Position numbers and translations under genes: made by a program. Positions 23,184-35,858 of a stretch of DNA of 50,414 bases are shown one piece after another. Numbering within the stretch: position 1 is the first letter of the stretch; each line of letters opens with the position of its first letter. Source of the stretch: Shigella phage vB_SsoS_008; sequence record MK335533; one strand, given 5' to 3'. Under the pieces are notes generated by a model. That model saw only the letters and a program-made list of their open reading frames with translations. It was not told the DNA's origin and did no database searches.

Positions 23184-26126
23184 ATGGTTGATAAGGTAGC
23201 AGGTCTATCGCTTGACGTTGATGTGTCGACAGTGCAGCGCGCCGTCAAGTCATTGAAAGAGTTTTCAAAAGCCAACGACCAAGCCGCTGACTCTATGGGT
23301 TCTTTAATCAATGAGTCAGAGGTTGCAAAACAGAAGGCCAAAGAGCACGCTGAACAACTTAAGCGCCAGCGCAAAGAGTACGAGGCTGTAGAGAAGGCAA
23401 TCGACTGTACAGTATCAAAAATGGTCATCCATAAAGGCTGAAGATTGCATCTCAGCAGCTTGATAAACTCTGGCAAAAGGGCGTTGTTCCAGATGAAACA
23501 TTTTTCCGTTTGGGTGAAATGCTGGATCTGCAAAATGCAAAACTTGCTCGCAGCCGAGCCATGCTTACGGAAGAAGGTCAGGCAGCATTGCAGGAAGCGA
23601 AAGCAAAAGAGCAGGCAGCAGCACGAAACAAAGCGTTCATGGATTCCCTGAATGGTCAAGTTAACGCTATCGGCAAAACTCACGCAGAATTAATGGAACT
23701 GAAAGCGGCTGAGCTTGGTTTATCAAATGAAGCAGCGCCACTGATCGCAAAACTTAAAGAGCAGGGTCGAGCCATGAATGCCGCAGGTCGTGTAGTTATC
23801 AAGATGGATAAGTCTTCCGGTATTAGCGCGGGGCAATATAGGCAGGCAATGCGAATGCTTCCTGCACAGATTACAGACGTCGTTACATCTCTTGCGTCCG
23901 GTATGCCAGTATGGATGGTTGCTATCCAGCAGGGTGGTCAGATCAAGGACTCGTTATTTTGCGGCGGGATCGGTAACACGTTTAAGGTATTGCTCAGCTA
24001 TATTAATCCGGTCACAGCAGGTGTTGGTGTTCTTGTCGGCTCTTTAGGTCTTCTGGCGAAAGCTGGTTATGACTCTTACAAGTCAATAACTGATATGCAG
24101 AAGGCGCTTATTGAGACTGGAGGTTATGCAGGTGTTACGGCTGAAGAACTTGATTCTGTTGCTAAAAAGGTGTCTCAGACGAGCAATTCAACAATTTCAA
24201 GCATTCGTGAGATTGTTACTGAGTTTGCCAGTACGGGGAAGTATACGCGAGAGCAGATCCAGAACATCACAAAGGCTACGGCAGAGTGGTCGACAGCAAC
24301 CGGAAAATCAGCAAGCCAAATCATTGCTGAGTTCGATAAAATCGCAAGCGATCCTGTAAAGGGTCTGGCTAAGTCTTTAACGAGCAATACAACTTCCTAG
24401 AAAAAGGGCAACTGACCTATATCGATACTGACCATCGCGCTAAGCCGTACTAAGGGTGAAACAGAGGCAATGTCTGAAGCCACGAAATTATTCGCCGACG
24501 TAATGGAAAAGCGAATGAAGTCGATCGCGGATAATGCTACCCCTCTGGAAAAAATGTGGAACGATATTAAACAATGGGCTTCTGATGCGTGGGGATGGGT
24601 TGGTGATCATACACTTGGAGCATTAAACCTGATTATTGACGTAGTTCAGGGTACGGTAATTCAGGTAAAAATGATTCTGGCGAAGGGTGATGAGTACAAA
24701 CTGAACTTTATCGCCTCTGCCATTAAGGCTACGCAGTCTCTGCCTGGAATGAGTGAAAACGGCGCTGATGTACTAAAGGAACAGGAGAATATTGTAAAAA
24801 GTTCTCGTGACAACTACGATCAGTTAGCTTCAGAGCTTGATGGTGGCAATAACCGTGTATTCAAAGGTGAGAAAGGATAAGCTGAAGCAATGAAGTTCCC
24901 GGTTTCAGCGCCGTACTCTTGAAAAGCAGTACAGCGAGGAAACTAAGGAAGCCATCAAGGAAGAAGCAGAAGAGATCGAAAAGCGAAACCGAGAACGAAA
25001 TAAGCAGTCGAAAATTGTACGCTCACCGACAGAGCAATTCGACAAGGAGTTAATTTCACTCAGGGCGCAGCTTAAGGTATTGCAGGAGCACAAGGAGATC
25101 GGTCAAAAAATATCCGCACAGAGAAAGGCGCTTTTTACTACTGAGGCTACAATCGCTGTTCTTCGCGAAGCTAGTTCTAAGCGTCAATTATCTGCGGAAG
25201 AAAAAGCACTACTTGCAAGTCAAGAGAAGGTTATCGAGCTTGCCAAACAGAAGGCTGAGATTGGAGATCAGATTGTTAAGCAACAGCAATTGAACGCACT
25301 TACCGACAAATCACTGAAGTTTGTCAATGAGATGACGGCAGCTACGGAGCAGCTTAACGCGTCTCGCGGGATGAGCACTCGAGAAATGGAACGACAAGCT
25401 GAACTAGCTAAAATAACCACTGATTATATTAATGCAGGAGGCAGCGAGGGAGACGAAAAACTCCAGAACATGATTAAGGCACAAAATGATTACTACGCTG
25501 CGGAAGATGCCAAACGCGCTGACTGGTTGGCTGGCGCTGAAAGCGCATTTGCTGATTACGGTGACGCAGCAATGGATATGTACGGAAATGTTAATGAGAT
25601 CGCATCAAGTGCTCTAAACGGTATGACGGACATGATGGTTCAATTCCTTACTACAGGGAAGGCAAACTTTGCTGACTTTGCTAAAAATATCATCGGCATG
25701 ATTATAAAGATGATTGCTCAAATGGTAATCTTCAATACGATCTCAGGAATGATGGGCGGTAAGACGTGGAGCTTTGCTGGTGGGGCTTCCTCTAGTGCTT
25801 CTGCGGCATCACAGGCAACCCCTGCGCCTGCCGCTTCTGTTTTTAGATCTGTATCTTCAGGCGGGGCCGTTGTCTCGCTTGCTGCCGCAGCGGGTAGTGT
25901 GGCAACCTCTGGATTCAACGCATCAAACTCCGCACCGAAGGTGGTAAACCATTCAGGAGGTGGAACGGTCGTTGATGTTAGGGGAATGGAGGTGAGAGTT
26001 GACAACGGCTCAGATCCGAGGGGGATTTCTCAGGGTGTAGAAATGATGTTCAAAAAAATGATTCGTGAGTCTTGCTCGCAGGGCGGCGAGGTTTATAATT
26101 ACATTCAGGAAAAAACAGGAGGCTAA
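23184..26126 (+). CDS. tail tape measure protein, apparent frameshifts near 23450, 24375-24450 and 24880-25080
   Basis: Long Ala/Gln/Lys-rich coiled-coil ORFs (23184, 23510, 24470, 25080) with hydrophobic Gly-rich segments; sits between G/GT and the M-L-K-I-J genes; about 980 codons in total. Confidence 0.65.
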
Positions 26127-26128
26127 TA

Positions 26129-26486
26129 ATGGCGACACTTGACACTTTTGGTTGGTGTACGCAGGTTCAAGGGGGCGGTGGCTCCCTTACCACTACCAAC
26201 AGCGACAGATCCATTCAGTTTGGAAACGGGTACATGCAGCTTGCATCGTCTGGATTTAACACCACTCGACGCGAGTATTCAGTTGTCTATGCCGGGGAAG
26301 ATTTCATTGCTGTTTACGACTTCTGTGACTCTCACCGCATTAAGCCGTTCGCATGGACTCCACCGGTGCAACGGTAAGATCGGGGTATGGGTAGTAAAGC
26401 CTAACAGCTTGGGTGCGAAGCCAGTATCGCGCGACGTGATGGAGATTAACGTCACGTTTATGGAGCAATTTACATCTATGGAGTAA
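26129..26486 (+). CDS. minor tail protein, lambda gpM-like, apparent frameshift near 26380
   Basis: ATG 4 nt after the tape measure stop; small protein directly upstream of the gpL-like gene, as in lambda-type tail operons. Confidence 0.5.
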
Positions 26487-26502
26487 CGCCATATAACAAA
26501 AG

Positions 26503-26524
26503 CCCGCCTTGCGCGGGTTTTTTT
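26503..26524 (+). terminator. rho-independent terminator-like hairpin
   Basis: CCCGC-CTTGC-GCGGG followed by TTTTTTT. Confidence 0.5.
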
Positions 26525-26569
26525 GTAGCTGTAGAATGGTTCAATGCAGGTAAACAAGAGGAAAAATCA

Positions 26570-27355
26570 ATGAGCGAAAACAAAAAACTTTATGATGAAG
26601 AAAGCGGAAAGAGCCTGTTTCACAACTGCCTTCAATCACTATATCCGGGAGAGATAATCACTCTCATCGAAGTGGATGGTAGTAAGTTCGGCGCTCAGGT
26701 GTACAACCGATTCCACGGTGAGAATATCCAGTACACTCCAGAAGAAATCATGCAGGCCCAGCAAACTGGAACGCTACCGCCGAAGGAAATTACATTCCGT
26801 GGCGAGAAATATGGGGCGCGACCGTTCGGTATATCCGGGATCTCGTTTGATAGTTCCGGCAAGGCAACAAAACCACAGTTGACGGTGGCAAACATTGATA
26901 GTCGAGTATCTGCAATGATTCGTGCATATAACGGACTAATGCAAGCTAAGGTGACAATCTGGATCACTCAGCGTGAGCTTATTCACTCCGATGGCTCAAT
27001 AGCTGACGGAGCTTACCGTAAACTGGTATACTATATCGAGCGTCCGAACTATGTTGATAAGAGCGTCGCCCGGTTCGATCTCACGTCTCCGTACGATATG
27101 GACGGCATCATGATCCCGTCTCGACTCACACAAAGCGTATGCTATTGGGCGCAAAGGGGGTGGTATAAAACAGGGAAAGGCTGCGGATACAACGGGCAAA
27201 ATGGTTATTTTGACAAAGACAATAATCCGGTAGACGATCCTTCGCTGGATTTTTGCCCGGGAACGGTAACGGCCTGCCGCCTGAGATTCGGCGCAAACAA
27301 TGAACTGGATTTTGGCGGATGCGCTGTCGCTTCACTACAGAGGAAAAATCAATGA
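26570..27355 (+). CDS. minor tail protein, lambda gpL-like
   Basis: Intact 261 aa; C-terminal Cys cluster CYWAQRGWYKTGKGCGYNG...DFCPGTVTACRLRFG...FGGC characteristic of the gpL family. Confidence 0.8.
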   Translation: MSENKKLYDEESGKSLFHNCLQSLYPGEIITLIEVDGSKFGAQVYNRFHGENIQYTPEEIMQAQQTGTLPPKEITFRGEKYGARPFGISGISFDSSGKATKPQLTVANIDSRVSAMIRAYNGLMQAKVTIWITQRELIHSDGSIADGAYRKLVYYIERPNYVDKSVARFDLTSPYDMDGIMIPSRLTQSVCYWAQRGWYKTGKGCGYNGQNGYFDKDNNPVDDPSLDFCPGTVTACRLRFGANNELDFGGCAVASLQRKNQ

Positions 27356-28092
27356 TTAGTGCAAAAATTAAACTTGAAATTATGACTCACGCTCAGGAAG
27401 AGTATCCCCGCGAATGCTGTGGGGTAGTCACCCAAAAGGGACGAGTGCAAAAATACCATAGAGTCGATAATGTTCATCGCGATCCTGAAAATCACTTCAT
27501 GATGGACGCTGTACAATACGCTTGCATTGAGGATGACGCAGACTCAACCACGATTGCGATCGTTCACAGCCACACAGGAGATGGGGCTACAACTCTACCC
27601 AGTGCTCACGATACGTGCATGTGCAATGAGATGGAAGTGACTTGGATTATTGTTAGCGTACCGGAAGGAGATATGCGATTTGTTAAGCCTGAGAAATTAC
27701 CTCTGATTGGTCGTCCGTGGTCATTAGGATCATTCGACTGTTACGGTCTTGTTATTTACTTGGCGTGGCACAAAGAGCACGGCGTAGAATTGCGCGATCG
27801 ACGATTGAATTTTGAATGGTGGAAACCTGAGTATGGAATTAATCTCTATCAGGATTATTACAAGCAGGATGGCTTCGTTGAGATTCCAGATCAGAATAAT
27901 CCGTCATTAGGTGATATGGTAATCATGCAGATAGGGCAAAACGTTCCGGTATGGAACCACGCAGGGATTTACCTCGGAGATAATCAGATCTTGCATCACG
28001 CCTTCGGTAAGCTATCTCGTCGTGATATTTATTCCGGATGGTATCAGGATCACACTGTTTTAATCGTTCGCCATAAGGATCTCAAACTATGA
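27352..28092 (+). CDS. tail assembly protein, lambda gpK-like (JAMM/MPN plus NlpC/P60-like)
   Basis: HSHTG metal-binding motif and DCYGLV...HAGIY cysteine peptidase-like motif; start overlaps gpL stop (ATGA). Confidence 0.8.
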   Translation: MISAKIKLEIMTHAQEEYPRECCGVVTQKGRVQKYHRVDNVHRDPENHFMMDAVQYACIEDDADSTTIAIVHSHTGDGATTLPSAHDTCMCNEMEVTWIIVSVPEGDMRFVKPEKLPLIGRPWSLGSFDCYGLVIYLAWHKEHGVELRDRRLNFEWWKPEYGINLYQDYYKQDGFVEIPDQNNPSLGDMVIMQIGQNVPVWNHAGIYLGDNQILHHAFGKLSRRDIYSGWYQDHTVLIVRHKDLKL

Positions 28093-28688
28093 ATGATGTA
28101 AAATTAATTAAACTATCAGGTTCGCTTGGGAGACGCTTCGGCGTCTTTCACCGTTACGCCGTTGACTCTTACCCGGAAGCCATACGGGCGCTATCCAGTC
28201 AGGTAGACGGATTTAAAGAATACATGCAAAGCGAGGTAGGATCTCGTAGCAAGTTTGCAATATTTGTGGATGGCGTTAACGTGGGACACCATGAAGAGGA
28301 AAAATTCAAGTGCGCGAAAGAGATAAGAATCGTACCGATCCCGACTGGTTCTAAGTCAGGCGGTCTATTCCAGGTTGTATTGGGCGCGGCAATAATGGTT
28401 GCAGCATTCTATACTGGCGGCGCGTCTCTAGCTTTAATGGGAACAATGTCCTCGTCTCTGTTTATGATGGGCGGCGCTATGGTGCTGGGCGGCGTGATGC
28501 AGATGATTTCACCGCAGCCGGGTGGCGCAAACTTTGAAGTTCAATCAAGCAAGAATAAACCTTCGTACGCGTTCGGCGGTGCTGTCAATACGACGGCGGC
28601 GGGATACCCTCTCCCGGTCCCGTATGGATATCGCGCCGGAGGTGGGGCAACTTTCTCAGCAGGTTCTTATGCCGAGGATATGAGTTAA
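28089..28688 (+). CDS. tail assembly protein, lambda gpI-like
   Basis: Intact 199 aa; Gly/Ala/Met-rich hydrophobic C-terminal half typical of gpI; start overlaps gpK stop. Confidence 0.75.
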   Translation: MNDVKLIKLSGSLGRRFGVFHRYAVDSYPEAIRALSSQVDGFKEYMQSEVGSRSKFAIFVDGVNVGHHEEEKFKCAKEIRIVPIPTGSKSGGLFQVVLGAAIMVAAFYTGGASLALMGTMSSSLFMMGGAMVLGGVMQMISPQPGGANFEVQSSKNKPSYAFGGAVNTTAAGYPLPVPYGYRAGGGATFSAGSYAEDMS

Positions 28689-28765
28689 AATTAACCCGCT
28701 CCGCATTCATTTTTTTTCGCCTGTATAATGAGTCCACCGATAAATAGCACAAAAAGGTAAACATC

Positions 28766-31700
28766 ATGATTCAAAAAGTGATAAGCGGATCTAAAGGTGG
28801 GTCACAGAAGCCCATTGGCATAACCCAGTTGAGATGGAGGACAATCTAATCTCAATCAACAAAATCAAGATTCTGTTGGCAGTATCTGATGGCGAAATTG
28901 ACGAAACATTCAACCTTAAGCAGTTGATGTTTAACTCAGTCCCGGTGCAAAACGAGGATGGATCGTTCAACTTCGAAGGCGTAAAGGCAGAATTCAGGCC
29001 GGGAACTCATTCTTCGACAAGTGACGCAGGAATATATCAAGGGAATGGAAGATAGCTCTAGTGAGGTAACTGTAAATCGTGAGGTTACTACCGATAACCC
29101 ATACACAATCTCAGTAACCAACAAAACGCTGTCGGCAATCCGTATCAAAATGTTCATGCCTCGCGGCGTACGAATTGAAAGTAACGGCGATAAAAATGGC
29201 GTTCGAGTTGAGTACGAGGTGCAGCAAGCGGTTGATGGCGGTTCGTTTGAGACGGTTCTTACTGACGTAATCGAAGGTAAAACAATGTCAGGTTATGATC
29301 GAAGCCGTCGCGTAAACCTGCCTAACTTCAACAATCAGGTAATATTCAGAGTTGTTCGAAAGACGCCTGATTCCACGCTCGAATGTCGTTGATGCAATCC
29401 AGGTAAGAAGCTATGCTGAGGTCATTGATGCCAAGTTCCGATATCCTCTGACAGGTCTTCTTTTCGTAGAGTTCGACTCGAAGATGTTCCCAAACCAGTT
29501 ACCTACGATCTCAATTCGTAAGCGCTGGAAGATTGTAAACGTTCCGTCGAACTACGATCCAGAATCGCGAACATACAACGGCAATTGGGATGGAACTTTC
29601 AAAAAAGCATGGACTAATAATCCGGCATGGGTGCTTTATGACCTGATGATTAATCAGCGTTATGGTCTGGATCAGAAAGAGCTTGGAATCGCTGTCGATT
29701 CCTCACTTCGTCTCGATGAAATGGGCGCTCTATGAGGCGGCGCAATATTGCGACCAGATGGTCCCTGACGGCAAAGGCGGCACGGAACCTCGCTACCTTT
29801 GTGACGTGATAATCCAGTCTCAGACTGATGCGTACAAGGTGATTCGAGATATTTGCTCAATCTTCCGTGGAATGAGCTTTTGGAATGGTGAAAGCATTTC
29901 TGTAATCATCGACAGACCGCGTGAACCTGCGTACATCTTCACTAACGACAACGTAGTTAATGGTGACTTCTCATACACTTTCGCAAGCGAGAAGAGCATG
30001 TACACGACGTGCAACGTGATGTTTGATGATGAGCAAAACATGTATCAGCAGGACGTTGAGCCAGTATTCGATCGTGAGGCCACTCTACGGTTCGGGAACA
30101 ACGTTACGAGCATTACAGCGATCGGGTGCACACGTCGAAGCGAGGCCAACCGACGCGGCGAGATGGATTCTGAAAACCAACCTCCGCAGCACTACGGTAA
30201 ACTTCGCTACCGGACTGGAAGGGATGATTCCGACAATCGGAGACGTGGTGGCAATATCTGATAACTTCTGGTCAAGTAACTTGACGATGAACCTGTCAGG
30301 GCGATTGCTCGAAGTGTCAGGTAGTCAGATTTTCCTGCCGTTCCGCGTTGATGCGCGCGCAGGTGACTTTATTATCGTAAATAAGCCAGATGGCAAGCCT
30401 GTGAAGCGCACAATCTCAAGTGTTAGTGCGGATGGTAAGACCATAGAGATTAACATCGGCTTTGGCTTTCCTGTGAAGCCTAACACGGTATTCGCTATCG
30501 ACCGCACAGACATTGCGTTACAGCAGTACGTCGTGACAAAAATCGATAAGGGTGATGATGATGAGGAATTTACCTACAAGATCACGGCGGTGGAGTACGA
30601 TCCTAATAAGTATGATGAAATTGATTACGGGGTTAACATCGACGACCGACCGACAAGCATCGTTGAGCCAGATCAGATCCCTAAGCCGGAAAACGTGCAA
30701 GTGTCCTCAGAGTCGAGAATCGTCCAGGGGATGAGCGTAGAGACGATGATTGTTAGCTGGGATAAAGTTCCGTACGCTGTTTTCTATGACGTACAGTGGA
30801 GAAAGGATAACGGCAACTGGCAAAACGTTCCGCAGACAGCAAACAAAGAGGTTTATGTTGAAGGGATTTACGCTGGCAACTATCAGGTTCGCGTGCGCTC
30901 CGTCGCTGGTTCGGGCACGACTTCAGGCTGGTCAAATATCGTCGCGGCAACGTTGACGGGTAAACAGGGTGAGCCGGGTCGACCGATTAACCTTACAGCT
31001 ACGGATGATGTTGTTTTTGGTATCCGTACAAAATGGGGGTTCTCTGATGGTTCTGGAGATACAGCCTATACAGAGTTGCAACAGTCACCGGATGGAACAG
31101 TGGATAACGCGAGTTTACTCTCTCTGATCCCGTATCAAGGACGGTTGACAGGATCGGTAACGTATCTCAGTGGACTGATTTTGTCAGAGGCATGGCATCA
31201 ACAAACGTTGACGATATCATCGGGGAGATTTCTGTCGATATCGAAAACTCACCTGGTTACGAGTGGCTTGTTGATAACGCAACAGACAACGCGTCGCAGA
31301 ACTCAGCTAATGCAGAGGCAGCAATAGAGAACGCACTAGCTAATGACAAAGACGCGATCTACATGAAGAAGGAGAACGGAAAACGAAAAGCAGAGTACAC
31401 CAAATCACTGAAGCTAATTGCTGATGAGACTGAGGCGCGAGTGACGGCAGTTGAGCAGTTAAGGGCAAGTTTTGGCGATCAGATTAGCGCAAGCAATAGT
31501 GAATTGCGTGAAGTTATCGCAACTGAAACCGGAGCGCTATCGCGTGAAATTGACCAACTCAAGGCTCAGATTGGTGATGATATTCAGGCAAGTTTGACCG
31601 ATATTCGGGAGGTTATCGCAACCGAGACTGAAGCACTATCGCGTGAGATTGACCAGCTTAAGGCTCAGATTGGTGACGATATTCAGGCAAGTCTGACTGA

Positions 31701-32322
31701 TATCCGTGAAGCCATCGCGAACGAGACTGAGGCGAGAACGCAAGCTGACTTGTCGTTAAGCGCGAGGCTTGGGAATAACGAGGCAGCACTTTCTCAAAAA
31801 CTTGACTCGTGGAGCAATGCGGATTCGACTGGTGCAATGTACGGCGTCAAGCTGGGTCTGAAGTATAACGGCCAAGAATACAGTGCCGGTATGGCTATGT
31901 CTCTGATTGGTTCTGGCGCAGCAGTTAAGGCGCAGATTCTGTTTGAGGCATCACGATTTGCAATAATGCACACAGGCATGAACGGTCAGACTCAGTACCC
32001 ATTCGTTGTTGAGAATGGCCAGGTTATTCTAAGTAGCGCGATCATCAAGGATGGCTTTATTACTAATGCCATGATTGGAAACTGGATTCAATCTAACAAT
32101 TGGGTATTTAACCATGGATGGAGGCTAAACAAGGGTGGCGACGCTTCATTCATGAATGCAACAGTGACATTAGAACACGCAAATAACGTTGAGGGTGCAT
32201 TTAAGCAAACAAATAACACGGTATCTGTAACAATAACGGTATCACGGTCAACTTACCTAACGGGATGCGAGTGGTCGCCTGAGTCTGGTAACAGAAAGGG
32301 GCCGATTGGCCCCTTTTTTTAA
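28766..32322 (+). CDS. tail tip / host specificity protein, lambda gpJ-like, several apparent frameshifts
   Basis: Conserved J-family segments (NNPAWVLYDLMINQRYGLD; KWALYEAAQYCDQMVPDGKGGTEPRY) across ORFs 28834, 29021, 29352, 29662, 30023, 31192; fibronectin III-like region; tandem repeat at 31.5 kb. Confidence 0.75.
31507..31740 (+). repeat. in-frame tandem repeat (99 bp unit, about 2.3 copies) inside the J-like gene
   Basis: Protein repeat REVIATETxALSREIDQLKAQIGDDIQASLTDI; nucleotide copies differ mainly at synonymous positions. Confidence 0.7.
32298..32320 (+). terminator. rho-independent terminator after the tail module
   Basis: GGGGCC-GATT-GGCCCC followed by TTTTTTT. Confidence 0.7.
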
Positions 32323-32626
32323 TACATGTTCGGAGTGGCAGGAATTGGCTGGTTCATGTTTATATCAGGGGGAATTGCGCTTTTCTTTTGGTGGATTTAT
32401 TATGGCGTACGGTTCCTGGGGCGCAAATCACGTTTATAATAACTATACAATTAAGCTTGTATCGAATGTTGGTATATCCACCTGTAACTCTGCATATCGT
32501 ACCTGTTCTTAGTATTGGGAAAAATCCACCATCTTTCTGCCACCAAGTGCCTCCTGCCATAGTCCCGCCGAGAACGTTATAAGCCCTAACGCTTGAGCCA
32601 TTAGTCTGACCAGCAGGAAATATTGG

Positions 32627-33488
32627 TTATTCCTGGCCCTGGGGGTGGTACGATGTTATTAACGCCAGAACCACTGGGCCAAACGCGCCAACGTCATCAA
32701 TCTGTTTATTAATTGCATCCCTGCACCATATTGTATTAATGTCAGATTCAAGTGTTACGTTTGGATTATCCCACATACCGAAAGGAACGCCCTGCATAAC
32801 CAACTGAGCCACGCCGTTAACCTGATATGCCCCAACAAATGCAGCGCTCATCAATCTGGCGTTATCACAGGTAGCTGCGAAGTTCGTTCGGATACCTACA
32901 AGTATCCCCTGATTTCCAGCCTGAGCGGACCCAATTTCGTAGCAGTTTCCATAAAGGGGACAAATCCTTCCACCGTGCCCGTTAAAATTACCTACCGTTA
33001 TTCGTCCGGTTTGATCATTTACCTTCTGCTGACTAGTCAAATAATAGTCCTTAGGGATGTAATTACAATCGTCTATGGCGGTAGCCTGAGATGGAAGGCA
33101 AAAAGCGGTAGATCCTACGAGTGCCAACCAAAATTGGCAACCGATCCAGACTGGGCAATAATGTCAGCTCAGCAGGTCCACACCATGACGGGGCGCGAAG
33201 CCCTGAAGTTATCTCCATTGCCGGGCGACCGTCGTTTAGGTTTATATATATTGGAAATATCATAATTACCACAGCAGCGTTTTGATAAGCACCTTGCGTT
33301 AAAGTTGCCCTGATCGTCGTCGGATGACAGACCTCCAGCACGCATATCAATTTCGCCAGCAGGAACCTTTTGACCATCAACGAATCGCATACTCTGCGCC
33401 TCGTATGCGTAAGTAACCGTACAAGTGCTTTTAAGATTCTGAGCACAACCAGCGGGTCAGGATGAATGCCGCAGCGATAATGGTGATT
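32627..33488 (-). CDS. putative outer-membrane lipoprotein (superinfection-exclusion / receptor-masking candidate), apparent frameshifts
   Basis: ATG at 33488 encodes MKKLITIIAAAFIL then, after a frame change, lipobox LTGC; Cys-rich mature region continues in ORFs 33169..33390 and 32627..33127. Confidence 0.35.
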
Positions 33489-33549
33489 AACTTTTTCATT
33501 TGTATGTCCTCGTCGTTAGTGTGATTTCATTGTATGTCGCATTTACTTT

Positions 33550-33960
33550 TATTGCAATAGCACGATTACAATTTTTTCGTGTAACAGGTGTCTATTTTTG
33601 TAACCGGAACGGGTGTTACAAAATCCACCCCATACGACAGCAGAGGGATATGATAAAAACTCTATATAATATATATAGATAGATAATATTTAATTTTAGC
33701 TTTATATATATAATTATTGTTGTGTAACAGTTGTCTATCGTGTAACTGGTGATTTGATTGATTCGTCAAATTTCTATCATATATGTTCAAAATATAATCA
33801 ATCTGGATTCTATTTGTGGATATCTTTGTATTTCTAAGAAAAAGCGGTTACAAGTATTACACAATAGACAGCGCATAAAAACATACCTAAGCCATTGATT
33901 CCGTTAATTCTGGTTGTAACTTGAGCGATATAGACACGCAATTACACGCCAATTACATGT
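33550..33960. repeat. iteron-like repeat region with AT-rich core; candidate replication origin or operator cluster
   Basis: GTGTAACAGGTGTCTAT (33578), TGTAACC-N8-GTGTTACA palindrome (33599), GTGTAACAGTTGTCTAT (33721), reverse copies near 33856 and 33928, flanking a (TA)n tract at 33661-33720; lies between divergent genes. Confidence 0.5.
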
Positions 33961-34025
33961 ATTCGATTGACTAAACGCCGTTAATGGCTATAATGGATTC
34001 ATCGTAAACGAAGGAGGTAAACGAA

Positions 34026-35090
34026 ATGTTCCAGGTATTCACATCAAGCCAGCTTTCTAATGACGAGTATCATAGAAACGAAGGTTGGGCGGCAGAGTAT
34101 GTAAGCGGTTCGAGCCTTGCAGAAATTTATCAGACTTGCCCGGCTAACTGGAGATTCAAGAAGAACGAGACAACGAAAGCTCTGGAGTTCGGCACTCAGT
34201 CGCATACCAACTTTGAGAGCCGAGATCTGTTTACTTCATCGTATGCCCGTTGCCCTGCTCCGTCAGAGTTTAAAGATCTTATTACTTCGCAGGCGGCGCT
34301 GGCAGCAAAATTAAAATCATTCGGTCTGAAAGGTACATCCGGTAAGCAGTACCCGGACCTCATCAAAATGATGGTTGATTGCGGTGAAGAACTCAACGTT
34401 CAATATCTTATTGAACTGATTGCTGAAGCTGAGGCGCGCGCTGAAGGAAAACAACTGGTTGACGCTGACAAATATGACGCATGCATGAAGATGAGGGCCA
34501 TACTTGAGCAAAATCCTGATCATGAGGCGTGCATTAACAGTGAAACGGCGCAGCGTGAGATTTCAATCTTCGGTGAGATATCCGGCGTCAAAGTTAAGGT
34601 TCGACTTGACCATCTTGACTACAAAGAGAATGTCCCGGGTCGTGTGCTGACTGGTTATGATGAGAATGGCGATCCGGTGTATGAGGACGTAATTTTCCCT
34701 GAAGCGCTGATTATTACTGACTTCAAAACTACGATGAGCGCAAACCCGTTAGAGTTCCCGCGACTGGCATACAATCACGGGTATTATCTGAAAATGGCAT
34801 TGCAGCATGACCTGCTGCGGCGAGCAATTCAGGCTGGAGCATTTGAAGGAAACTTCCCGGAAGATATCCCGATCGTAGTTCGATTGCTTGCGCAGGAGAA
34901 AAAGGAGCCTTATATCGCACTTGCTTACCGTATGACTATGGAGCAAATCAGAATAGGTCGCAACCAGTACATTAGCGTAGTCCACACTTACAAGGCTTGC
35001 TCTGAAATGGATGTTTGGCCTGGATACGCTGGCGACGCAAGCGAGATTGAACTTGAAACTCCGTCATGGGTGCGATACCAAAATAAGTAA
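34026..35090 (+). CDS. PD-(D/E)xK recombination exonuclease (RecE/RecB-family-like)
   Basis: Intact 354 aa; GAAGGAGG RBS; motifs RLDHL ... ITDFKTT consistent with a D...(D/E)xK nuclease core; directly upstream of Erf and SSB genes. Confidence 0.7.
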   Translation: MFQVFTSSQLSNDEYHRNEGWAAEYVSGSSLAEIYQTCPANWRFKKNETTKALEFGTQSHTNFESRDLFTSSYARCPAPSEFKDLITSQAALAAKLKSFGLKGTSGKQYPDLIKMMVDCGEELNVQYLIELIAEAEARAEGKQLVDADKYDACMKMRAILEQNPDHEACINSETAQREISIFGEISGVKVKVRLDHLDYKENVPGRVLTGYDENGDPVYEDVIFPEALIITDFKTTMSANPLEFPRLAYNHGYYLKMALQHDLLRRAIQAGAFEGNFPEDIPIVVRLLAQEKKEPYIALAYRMTMEQIRIGRNQYISVVHTYKACSEMDVWPGYAGDASEIELETPSWVRYQNK

Positions 35091-35164
35091 ACTGCACAAA
35101 TAGCTAAACAAATAATTAATGAGGTGTTATAATGCACCTCATACACCAATCAGGAGAAGTTAAG

Positions 35165-35812
35165 ATGCAATTATCACCAGAAACAAACGAAATCCTTCCA
35201 GCACTGTTTAATGCTCGCAATAAATTCGCGAAAGCAAAGAAGGATGCTAAAAACAATCACCTGAAAAATTCATACGCAACTCTTGATGCAATGATGGCTG
35301 CAGTTAGTCCTGCGCTAACCGACAACGATATTATGATCCTGCAATCAATGCTGGACACCAGCACTGAAACGACCTTCCATCTTGAAACGATGCTGATTCA
35401 CAAATCCGGTCAGTGGGCAAAATTCTTCATGATGATGCCGATTGCAAAGCGAGATCCGCAAGGCGTAGGTTCCGCAATGACGTATGCTAGACGTTACTCT
35501 CTAGCCGCAGCGCTTGGAATTAGCCAAAGTGATGACGACGCTCAGCTTGCGGTGAAATCTGTCAAAGACTGGAAGAAAGAACTTGATGCGTGTGAAGACA
35601 TCGAGTCACTGAAAGATGTATGGGCCAACGCTTACCGCCAAACTGACACGGCGAGCAAATCAATCATTCAGGATCACTACAACGCACTTAAGGCTAAATT
35701 TGAGATCGGCAAAGCTCGCGGCATTCGCCCAGCGCAACCGGAACAGAAAAAACAGGTTGAAGCAACGAGCGCGAAGCCTGTACAATCCCAATCAATCACC
35801 AACTTCGAATAA
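35165..35812 (+). CDS. Erf-family single-strand annealing protein
   Basis: NSYATLDAMMAAV and GSAMTYARRYSLAAALG match ERF family signatures; CAGGAGAAG RBS. Confidence 0.7.
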   Translation: MQLSPETNEILPALFNARNKFAKAKKDAKNNHLKNSYATLDAMMAAVSPALTDNDIMILQSMLDTSTETTFHLETMLIHKSGQWAKFFMMMPIAKRDPQGVGSAMTYARRYSLAAALGISQSDDDAQLAVKSVKDWKKELDACEDIESLKDVWANAYRQTDTASKSIIQDHYNALKAKFEIGKARGIRPAQPEQKKQVEATSAKPVQSQSITNFE

Positions 35813-35858
35813 TCATCAGGGCGGCTTCGGTCGCCCATAAAATTTAGGAGAGAAAAAC